Part shown: positions 39,402-46,159 of the stretch, piece by piece
Layout of the letters: each line of letters begins with the position of its first letter
Position numbering within the stretch: position 1 is the first letter of the stretch
Assembly (NCBI GenBank): GCA_017460805.1
Contig: JAFUAF010000020.1
Coordinates: forward strand, 259-64,258
Source: Bacillota bacterium
GTDB lineage: Bacteria > Bacillota > Clostridia > Lachnospirales > CAG-274
Length of the DNA stretch: 64,000 nucleotides
Direction of reading: 5' to 3'
Made by a program: the position numbers and the translations under genes
Notes under the pieces: model-generated
Databases searched by the model: none
What the model was told of the DNA's origin: nothing
What the model saw: the letters and a program-made list of their open reading frames with translations, nothing else

Positions 39402-39755
39402 CTATTTTTCTTTCGGTCTGAACACCATTGCCATAAAAAACGCCGATACTATCGCGGCGGCAATACCCGCAGCGCCCGCTTTCAGGCCGCCTGTGAGTAT
39501 ACCCATTGCGCCCATGGTGTCTATATCCTCTTTTACGCCCCTTGCAAGCAGATTGCCAAAGCCGGGCAAAGGCACAGCCGCACCCGCGCCCGCAAAGTCT
39601 ATCAGTCTGTCATAAACGCCAATACCGCCTAAAATACAGCCTGCCACAACAAACAGCACCAATATCCTTGCGGAAGTCAGTTTTGTTTTGTCAAGCAGTA
39701 TCTGACCGATAACGCAGATAAGGCCGCCGACCGCAAAGGCTCTTATATAGTCCAT
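39402..39755 (-). CDS. spoVAE: stage V sporulation protein AE (SpoVAEB-type)
   Basis: 117 aa. MDYIRAFAVGGLICVIGQIL.. is typical; it is paralogous to SpoVAC. Confidence 0.9.
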   Translation of the reverse strand: MDYIRAFAVGGLICVIGQILLDKTKLTSARILVLFVVAGCILGGIGVYDRLIDFAGAGAAVPLPGFGNLLARGVKEDIDTMGAMGILTGGLKAGAAGIAAAIVSAFFMAMVFRPKEK

Positions 39756-40759
39756 TTTATCACCTCATTTTCAACAGATACCGCAAAAGCCGTACCCAAA
39801 ATGTTTTCGCCCTGCTGCACGCTTACCGTACTCATAAGCGCACCCGTAGGCACAAGCAGCATACGCTTTATGCTGCTGTTTTTAAGCTTCCTGTAAAACA
39901 GCGCGGAAAATACCGCCGCCGAGCACGCACAGCCGCTGCCGCCCGCATGAGTATCCTGTGACTTATTGTCAAATATCTCCATGCCGCAGTCGGTATGATT
40001 TTTTTCGATGTTGATGCCGTCTTTTTCAAGCAGCTGCAATAAAAGCTCCGTGCCGACCCTACCCAGATCGCCCGTTGCAATAACATCATAATACCCCGCG
40101 CTCCTGCCCGTATCCTCAAGATGCGCTTTTATACAAGCTGCCGCCGCAGGTGCCATAGCCGCGCCCATATTATTTGCATCGTTTATGCCGTAGTCTGTTA
40201 TTTTGCCCGCGGTAAACGACGTTATATACGGCCCGTCACCTTTGCCGAGCATAGCCGCGCCCGCACCCGTTACGGTATAGGTCGCAGTCGGCGGACGCTG
40301 ATTACCAAGCTCCGCGGGAAAGCGAAACTGTCTTTCCGCGGAATAAAAATGGCTTGAAGCCGCCGCGGCTGCGTATCTCGCCGCACCGCTGTCCACTGTC
40401 ATTGCACCCAAAGCAAGAGCCTCGCCAAAGGTAGAGCAAGCGCCGAAAATGCCGAACAGCGGTATATTCAAATCTTTTACGCCGTAAGTCGTACCGCAGC
40501 ATTGATTTTGCAGGTCGCCCGCAAAAATAAAATCGGGACTTACACCGCTTTTTTTGAACAATGCCGACAAATTGTCACGCACTAACGCACTTTCGGCAGC
40601 TTCCCAGCTTTTTTCACCCGCCATATTGTCTTCAAGCACCCTGTCAAAAAGCTTTCCCAGCGGACCTTCACCCTCTTTTGTACCGACTGCCGAAGCCGTT
40701 TCCAGGATCGAAACAGGGGTCGAAAACACCACCGTTTCATTGCCTTTATGCGCCGACAT
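39743..40759 (-). CDS. spoVAD: stage V sporulation protein AD
   Basis: 338 aa, thiolase-like SpoVAD (..GTKEGEGPLG..FGACST..). Confidence 0.9.
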   Translation of the reverse strand: MSAHKGNETVVFSTPVSILETASAVGTKEGEGPLGKLFDRVLEDNMAGEKSWEAAESALVRDNLSALFKKSGVSPDFIFAGDLQNQCCGTTYGVKDLNIPLFGIFGACSTFGEALALGAMTVDSGAARYAAAAASSHFYSAERQFRFPAELGNQRPPTATYTVTGAGAAMLGKGDGPYITSFTAGKITDYGINDANNMGAAMAPAAAACIKAHLEDTGRSAGYYDVIATGDLGRVGTELLLQLLEKDGINIEKNHTDCGMEIFDNKSQDTHAGGSGCACSAAVFSALFYRKLKNSSIKRMLLVPTGALMSTVSVQQGENILGTAFAVSVENEVIKWTI

Positions 40760-40763
40760 TTCA

Positions 40764-41198
40764 TCACCTGCCCGCGAAGTAGTAGACCATGCCGACGATT
40801 ATTGAAGTCAGCACGCCGTACAGGATGACGGGGCCTGCGATAATGAAAATTTTAGCGCCGAGGCCCAGTACATAGCCTTCTTTTTTGAATTCCACAGCGG
40901 GTGAAGTAACGCTGTTTGAAAAGCCCGTGATGGGCACGATAGAGCCTGCGCCCGCGAACTTGCCTATCTTGCTGTACAGACCGAGACCCGTCAGCAGGGA
41001 TGCCGCGGCAATAAGCACTACCGAAGTAAAGGTCGCCGCCGACCTTTCGTCAAAACCGTAACCCACGGCAAAGTTGGTGAGCATCTGACCTATCATACAG
41101 ATAAGACCGCCCACCGCAAACGCCCTTATGCAGTCCTTTAAAAGCGGACTGTCGGGCGATGCCTTTTTGACCATGCTGTCATAAGTTTCCTCATTCAT
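40764..41198 (-). CDS. spoVAC: stage V sporulation protein AC
   Basis: 144 aa with ..CIRAFAVGGLICMIGQ.. and four TM segments. Confidence 0.9.
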   Translation of the reverse strand: MNEETYDSMVKKASPDSPLLKDCIRAFAVGGLICMIGQMLTNFAVGYGFDERSAATFTSVVLIAAASLLTGLGLYSKIGKFAGAGSIVPITGFSNSVTSPAVEFKKEGYVLGLGAKIFIIAGPVILYGVLTSIIVGMVYYFAGR

Positions 41199-41235
41199 AT
41201 TGACCCTCCTTTTTTAACAAGAATTACAGTATTCT

Positions 41236-41544
41236 GCCAAATTGGAATTTAGCGACGATTTTTTTGCAGGGGCGCTGCCCCTGCACCCCGCCCACTTTTC
41301 AAAAAAGTGGGTCCAAACATATTACGCGAATAAGGATTAACTAAATTTGCAGTCATACTCCGCGGCTGGATTTAAGTGCTGCAAATGTACATTTGCAGCG
41401 GGTTTCAGCTACGCCGCGGTGTTAATGTTTGAATTGAATATAAATATATTCGCGAATATGTTTTCCCTCGCTTTTCTAAAAAGCGAGCAGGGGTGCAGGG
41501 GGCAGCGCCCCCGCATTTCGCCAGATAGTCAAATTCCAATTTGC
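41236..41544. repeat. MITE-like palindromic intergenic element (about 100-nt inverted arms plus structured core)
   Basis: GCCAAATTGGAATTT (41236..) pairs with AAATTCCAATTTGC (..41544). The arms also share GCRGGGGCGCTGCCCCTGCACCCC, a CTTTT..AAAAG hairpin and AAACATATTMGCGAATA. The core holds the 22-nt perfect palindrome GCTGCAAATGTACATTTGCAGC (41378..41399), nested inside CCGCGGC...GCCGCGG. A second copy lies at 54332..54539. Confidence 0.75.
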
Positions 41545-41551
41545 TTCATAC

Positions 41552-41974
41552 TCAAATAAAAAATCCGGGGACAAAAAAATACAGCAGCGAGCCTATCAGC
41601 TTGCCGGCAGCCAAAGCCGTAATAAAATATTTAAGTCCCCGTTTTAAGCCGCTGCGGCGCGTAAGCACGGGTATCACATCCAACACCTCCGCAAGCGACA
41701 CCGCAAGACAGCCGTAAAATATCCCCACCGCCAGCATAAGCAGTACAACGGCAAAGCTCCCTATCGGCAGCCGCCAGTCAAACATCAGGGTACTTGCCCC
41801 GAAAATACCGCCTATGATTATACCCTCCTCATACAGCATTATAAATGCGGATGTACCCGTCTTCTGCGCAACACGCGGCACAACACCGATGATCGCGATA
41901 AACGCAAAGACTGCACCCGCCGTGACCATACCGCCGCCCAGTCCCATAAGTATAAATAAGAGCTTAGCCGCCAT
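41552..41974 (-). CDS. spoVAB: stage V sporulation protein AB
   Basis: 140-aa polytopic protein. GGGMVTAGAVFAFIAIIGVVPR.. is typical of SpoVAB. It overlaps spoVAA by 11 nt. Confidence 0.85.
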   Translation of the reverse strand: MAAKLLFILMGLGGGMVTAGAVFAFIAIIGVVPRVAQKTGTSAFIMLYEEGIIIGGIFGASTLMFDWRLPIGSFAVVLLMLAVGIFYGCLAVSLAEVLDVIPVLTRRSGLKRGLKYFITALAAGKLIGSLLYFFVPGFFI

Positions 41975-42566
41975 TTGTATTTTTCTCCTCGTTAAGCGTG
42001 TCTATTTGGTTGTCCGTTACCTGCTGCTCGTAAACGGACATCTCGACCTCAATGGGCGTCGGGTCTTTTGTCAGTTTTTTACCCGAAAAATGATTGAAAA
42101 ACACTATTATCCCCACCGCAAGGCCTATAGAATACGGCAGATGGATAACAGCGGGGTTTTTGGCGTGTTCACCGAAAAATATATAATAGTAGTTTTCAAA
42201 CACCTTGGACATCTGCGCATCGGAATGGAAACTCATTATCGCCGTCGCCGAGCCCGCCGCAAGCATTATTGTCACCGCCGCCGCTTTTATAAAAGTCCAC
42301 AGGCGGTTTTCTTTCTCCTGCGGATCCTTGTACTCCACAACGGTATCCGTTTCGCCTACATTCACGACTGTTGCGCCGGGGAACGCGCGGTTTATCTTTT
42401 CTATTATATCCATAACGGAAATAAGCCTGCTGCCTCCGTTCATTTCGGTAAGTTTAAGGCTTTTCACCCGCTCCGCCGCACCGTCGGCAAAGACCTCCGC
42501 TATATCACCGATACGCACAGTTCCCGACATAGCCGCCTTTTTAACGGGTTTTATATAGATATCCAT
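41964..42566 (-). CDS. spoVAA: stage V sporulation protein AA
   Basis: 200 aa. N-terminal soluble domain (IYIKP..V.IGDIAEV..) plus C-terminal TM helices. AGGGGGATG RBS. Confidence 0.85.
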   Translation of the reverse strand: MDIYIKPVKKAAMSGTVRIGDIAEVFADGAAERVKSLKLTEMNGGSRLISVMDIIEKINRAFPGATVVNVGETDTVVEYKDPQEKENRLWTFIKAAAVTIMLAAGSATAIMSFHSDAQMSKVFENYYYIFFGEHAKNPAVIHLPYSIGLAVGIIVFFNHFSGKKLTKDPTPIEVEMSVYEQQVTDNQIDTLNEEKNTNGG

Positions 42567-42577
42567 TTTTCATCCCC

Positions 42578-42688
42578 CTAAACAAAAACGCTGTTTTCCC
42601 ATTCCTCGTCGGCTGCTGTGCCTGTCATGGCTATCGCACCCGCTATCAGCGCCGCAAGCATAAACAGTAAAAACATTTTCCTGCGCAT
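42578..42688 (-). CDS. 36-aa small ORF with signal-peptide-like N-terminus (absent from ORF track)
   Basis: Manual translation: MRRKMFLLFMLAALIAGAIAMTGTAADEEWENSVFV*. AGAGGGGA lies 5-6 nt before the ATG. Its TAG is part of the spoVAA RBS (TAGGGGGATG). Confidence 0.4.
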   Translation of the reverse strand: MRRKMFLLFMLAALIAGAIAMTGTAADEEWENSVFV

Positions 42689-42770
42689 TTTTATCCCCTC
42701 TTTTCAAAAAACATTTTCCTGCAATTATCTTTTCCGTGCACAAAAGATTTATACTTGCAAAAAATTACAA

Positions 42771-42803
42771 AAAAAACAGCGCCCGTTTAAGGCACTGTTT
42801 TGT
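42771..42803. terminator. weak bidirectional terminator-like hairpin
   Basis: CAGCGCC-cgtttaa-GGCACTG (one mismatch), flanked by an A8 run upstream and T-rich sequence downstream. Confidence 0.35.
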
Positions 42804-42852
42804 GTTTTTATTGCGGTTTGTTCGCGTGACCGTAACCGAATTTTCGGATATG

Positions 42853-42997
42853 CCGCATTACTTATGTCGGGCTGTGTTCTTCAACTTAACGATGTGTTGG
42901 AAAACTATGACGCATCATTATGGTTAATGCCCACTATGTCGGGCTGTGTTCTTCAACCCTTGCTTTTGAAGGGCCGTATTTATGCGGGCTGCGAGAG
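42853..42997. repeat. direct repeats of a hairpin-like motif
   Basis: Exact 23-nt repeat TATGTCGGGCTGTGTTCTTCAAC at 42863..42885 and 42935..42957. A degenerate copy GCCGTATTTATGCGGGCTGCG lies near 42973..42993 and another TTATGCGGCTC near 43097..43107. Confidence 0.6.
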
Positions 42998-43141
42998 GCG
43001 TTTGCGGCGCAAAAGTTTATTTTGTCCGAAACTTATTGAAAAATGAGTTTTTAACATTTTTACATTCGTAAAACCCGCTTATTGAGCAGCTTATAAGTTA
43101 TGCGGCTCAAAATGTGTTTTGTACTTATTATAGTATGTTAT

Positions 43142-44104
43142 TTATTTCTTATCCTTGTCCCATGTTCTTTCTCCGATTATAAATCTCGGTCTTGCCTTGG
43201 TCTCAAGATAAATTTTGCCTATATATTCGCCTATAACACCGATAGAAAGCATCTGTACGCCGCTTAAAAAGCAGACTATACAAGTGGTCGATGTCCAACC
43301 CGGAACGGTCGTGCCGCAAAAATGCGTTATTATCGACCAGATAATGCCGATAAAGCTTATTATCATTATAAAAATACCGAGCGAAGTTATCGTCCTTATC
43401 GGTTTTACGGACAGGCTTGTAATGCCGTCAAAAGCAAGCGCAAGCATCTTTTTAAGCGGATAATGGCTTTCGCCCGCTATACGTTCATGGCGCTCATAGT
43501 AAACTGCCGTCGAGGAAAAGCCCACAAGCGGCACCATACCGCGCAGGAAAAGATTTACCTCTTTAAATTCGGCAAATTCTTTTAAAAATCTGCTGCTTAA
43601 AAGTCTGTAGTCCGCATGGTTGAACACCACGTCACAGCCCATGGAATTAAGCAGCTTGTAAAAACTTTCCGCCGTAAAGCGCTTGAAAAACGTGTCTGTT
43701 TCGCGGCTGCTGCGCACACCGTAAACAACATCATTGCCGTTTAAGTATGCATCGACCATCTCGTCCATGGCGTTTATATCGTCCTGGCCGTCACAGTCAA
43801 TGGAAATTGTGATGTCGCACATATCCTTTGCTTCCATAAGTCCGCCAAGAAGTGCATTCTGATGTCCTCGGTTGCGGCTTAAAGAAACACCCTTGTAGTA
43901 TTTGTTTTCGGAAGCAAGCTTTTTGATTATCTCCCAGGTTTTGTCCTTTGAGCCGTCATTTACAAACATAACACGGCTGTCATCGCTTATTTTGCCTTTT
44001 TTGATAAGACTTTCTATTTTTTCAAGGAACATTTTGCATGTGATCGGCAAAACTTCCTCCTCGTTATAGCAGGGTATAACTATGTATAATACGGGGGTCT
44101 GCAT
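43142..44104 (-). CDS. family 2 glycosyltransferase (GtrB/CsbB-like polyprenol-phosphate glycosyltransferase)
   Basis: 320 aa with IVIPCYNEEE, a DGSKD/DCDGQDD catalytic region and two C-terminal TM helices. Confidence 0.85.
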   Translation of the reverse strand: MQTPVLYIVIPCYNEEEVLPITCKMFLEKIESLIKKGKISDDSRVMFVNDGSKDKTWEIIKKLASENKYYKGVSLSRNRGHQNALLGGLMEAKDMCDITISIDCDGQDDINAMDEMVDAYLNGNDVVYGVRSSRETDTFFKRFTAESFYKLLNSMGCDVVFNHADYRLLSSRFLKEFAEFKEVNLFLRGMVPLVGFSSTAVYYERHERIAGESHYPLKKMLALAFDGITSLSVKPIRTITSLGIFIMIISFIGIIWSIITHFCGTTVPGWTSTTCIVCFLSGVQMLSIGVIGEYIGKIYLETKARPRFIIGERTWDKDKK

Positions 44105-44124
44105 ACTATCCCCTCCTTTGTTTT

Positions 44125-44496
44125 TTATTTTGCAGCTATAACTTCAACTTCTGCAAGTACATTTTTGGGCAGGCTTTTTACAGCTACGCAGGAACGCGCG
44201 GGCTTTGTTGTAAAATACTTGCCGTAAACCTCGTTAAAAACGGTAAAATCGCCCATATCGGCAAGGAAGCAGGTCGTCTTTACGGCATTTTCAAAACCGA
44301 GACCCGCCTCTTTAAGTATAGCGCCAAGGTTTTTCATTATCTGCTCTGTCTGACCTTTTATATCCTTTGCTTCAACGCTGCCCGTTTCGGGGTCGATGGC
44401 TATCTGACCCGAGGTAAAAACAAAGCCGTTTACCTCGATAGCCTGTGAATATGGGCCTATTGCTGCGGGTGCGTTGTCTGTGTGTAATGTTTTCAT
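44125..44496 (-). CDS. ridA: RidA family reactive-intermediate deaminase
   Basis: 123 aa with ..APAAIGPYSQAI..GQIAIDPETG.. (YjgF/RidA pattern). Located downstream of ilvA. Confidence 0.9.
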   Translation of the reverse strand: MKTLHTDNAPAAIGPYSQAIEVNGFVFTSGQIAIDPETGSVEAKDIKGQTEQIMKNLGAILKEAGLGFENAVKTTCFLADMGDFTVFNEVYGKYFTTKPARSCVAVKSLPKNVLAEVEVIAAK

Positions 44497-44515
44497 GTTA
44501 TTCTCTCCTTATATT

Positions 44516-45712
44516 TTATTCGACTAATTTATAGCCGTTTTGTACCAGTTTGTTCTTTATCTCGGCTACGTGCTCATGATTTCTTGTTTCCATGGAAATA
44601 CGCAGGTAGCAGGCATTTATGTCGATATTTACATCCGCCCTGTCATGGTTGATGCTTACGACATTTGCGCCGAGTTTTGATATAATGCGCGATACACTTT
44701 CAAGCTGACCGGGCTTGTCCTGCAGTTCTATCACAAGTTCCGCCAGTCTGCCCGCCTTTTGCAGGCCGCGGTTTATCACTCTTGAAAGTATGGTAACGTC
44801 GATATTTCCGCCCGATACCAGGCAAACAACTTTCTTGCCCTTTATATCCACCTTGTCAAACAGCGCCGCCGCAACGGAAACAGCGCCCGCGCCCTCGGCA
44901 ATAAGTTTCTGCTGTTCTATAAGGGATAAAATAGCGGTCGAGACCTCGTCGTCCGTAACGGTCACTATCTCGTCAACGTATTTCTCGCAAAGTTCGTAGG
45001 TATTGTCGCCGGGGGTCTTTACGGCGATACCGTCTGCGATAGTATGCACGGACGGCAAAGTCGTTATTTCGTGGTCGTGTATGGATTTTACCATAGACGG
45101 TGCGCCCGCCGCCTGAACACCGTATACCTTGATATTGGGGTTAAGCGTTTTTATCGCAAAGGCAACGCCGCTTATCAGACCGCCGCCGCCAACGGGAACG
45201 ATGACCGCATCCACCTTTGGAAGTGCATCCAGTATTTCAAGGCCTATCGTTCCCTGACCCGCAATGACCATATCGTCATTGAACGGGTGGATAAATGTCA
45301 TACCGCTTTGTTTTTGTATCTCTATGGCCTTGTTGTAGGCATCGTCATATGCGCCCTCGACAAGCTGTACCTCCGCACCGTAGCTTTTGGTCGCCTCTAC
45401 CTTGGAGATAGGTGCGCCGTCGGGAATACAAATAAGGGAATTGATGCCGTTTTTTGCCGCCGCAAGCGCCACGCCCTGTGCATGGTTGCCCGCCGAACAA
45501 GCAATAACACCTTTCGCCTTTTCCTCTGCCGTCAGCTGTGATATCTTATAGTATGCACCTCTGACCTTGAACGAGCCTGTTACCTGTAAGTTTTCCGTTT
45601 TTAAATATATCTCGCAGTCGTTTTTGAGATTGGGGGCTTTGATAAGGTCTGTCGGCCTTATAACGTCCTTTAAAACATACTGTGCATGATATACCTTGTC
45701 TAATGTTAACAT
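44516..45712 (-). CDS. ilvA: threonine ammonia-lyase (short form, single ACT-like domain)
   Basis: 398 aa with PLP-lysine motif GSFKVRGA, a GGGGLISG loop and a C-terminal regulatory domain. Confidence 0.88.
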   Translation of the reverse strand: MLTLDKVYHAQYVLKDVIRPTDLIKAPNLKNDCEIYLKTENLQVTGSFKVRGAYYKISQLTAEEKAKGVIACSAGNHAQGVALAAAKNGINSLICIPDGAPISKVEATKSYGAEVQLVEGAYDDAYNKAIEIQKQSGMTFIHPFNDDMVIAGQGTIGLEILDALPKVDAVIVPVGGGGLISGVAFAIKTLNPNIKVYGVQAAGAPSMVKSIHDHEITTLPSVHTIADGIAVKTPGDNTYELCEKYVDEIVTVTDDEVSTAILSLIEQQKLIAEGAGAVSVAAALFDKVDIKGKKVVCLVSGGNIDVTILSRVINRGLQKAGRLAELVIELQDKPGQLESVSRIISKLGANVVSINHDRADVNIDINACYLRISMETRNHEHVAEIKNKLVQNGYKLVE

Positions 45713-45721
45713 AGTTTCTCC

Positions 45722-45958
45722 TTATTTTGCCAAAGCATCAAGCTTTGCTTTTTGTGTTTTTGCTTCGGTAAGAAGCGCCGAATAATCGGTTTGCGTTCTT
45801 GCACGCAAAAGCTCGGTAATTTCGCTTATGGGCGTAAGAACAGGGGTGATGAAAATGTTTGCGTACATACCCTTTAAAGCGTGGGCGGTATCAAAAGCCG
45901 AATACGGCTTACCCGCATTTATCCGCTGCTTCGGTGTGCCTATCCGGTTTCGGCACAT
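45722..45958 (-). CDS. short Hpt-like ORF (possibly 5'-truncated or leaderless)
   Basis: 78-aa ORF containing AHALKGMYANI, similar to the HxxKG phosphotransfer motif. Only ~25 aa precede the His. The ATG lies about 11 nt after a consensus -10 and has no RBS. Confidence 0.35.
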   Translation of the reverse strand: MCRNRIGTPKQRINAGKPYSAFDTAHALKGMYANIFITPVLTPISEITELLRARTQTDYSALLTEAKTQKAKLDALAK

Positions 45959-45968
45959 CTATAATTTA

Positions 45969-45997
45969 ATTATACCACTACAAAACAGATATTTCAA
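45969..45997 (-). promoter_or_regulatory. sigma-A promoter with extended -10 (minus strand)
   Basis: On the minus strand: TTGAAA (45997..45992) - 17 nt - TGGTATAAT, with -10 at 45974..45969. Confidence 0.55.
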
Positions 45998-46102
45998 CAA
46001 AAGATTATTTTTTTGAAATACCTGTTTAAAACATATCGGAAACAGCCGTGTGCCTTCTGATTATTATTTTATTCTTACGAAATAACAATTTCATTGATTT
46101 TT

Positions 46103-46131
46103 TTGTAAAAATGGTTTATACTTAGTATAAT
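46103..46131 (+). promoter_or_regulatory. sigma-A promoter candidate for recD2
   Basis: TTGTAA (46103..46108) - 17 nt - TATAAT (46126..46131). Confidence 0.5.
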
Positions 46132-46159
46132 GCGAATTTATACAAAAATGGTGGTATTT

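Noticed and set aside
41814-42581. 255-aa ORF on the plus strand.
   Set aside because: It is antisense to spoVAA and spoVAB, which have clear family signatures. It has no RBS and a His/Arg/Tyr-rich nonsense composition.
42724-42754. Forespore-type (sigma-F/G) promoter upstream of the spoVA operon (GTATA ... GATAAT on the minus strand).
   Set aside because: The spacing (about 20 nt) and hexamers fit the consensus only loosely, and it cannot be supported without TSS data.
42863-42957. Possible mini-CRISPR: two exact 23-nt repeats with a 72-nt period (minus strand GTTGAAGAACACAGCCCGACATA).
   Set aside because: There are only two exact copies, and the identical part is short for a CRISPR repeat. 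The next copies are degenerate and irregularly spaced (about 40-47 nt and more than 100 nt). There are no cas genes in the window, and the motif is related to a terminator arm at 39366..39396. It is kept as a repeat finding, not a CRISPR call.
46130-46159. ORF-track start codon for the RecD2 helicase at 46130.
   Set aside because: That ATG overlaps the predicted -10 hexamer (46126..46131), so it would not be in the mRNA. ATG 46160 with GGTGG upstream is used instead.
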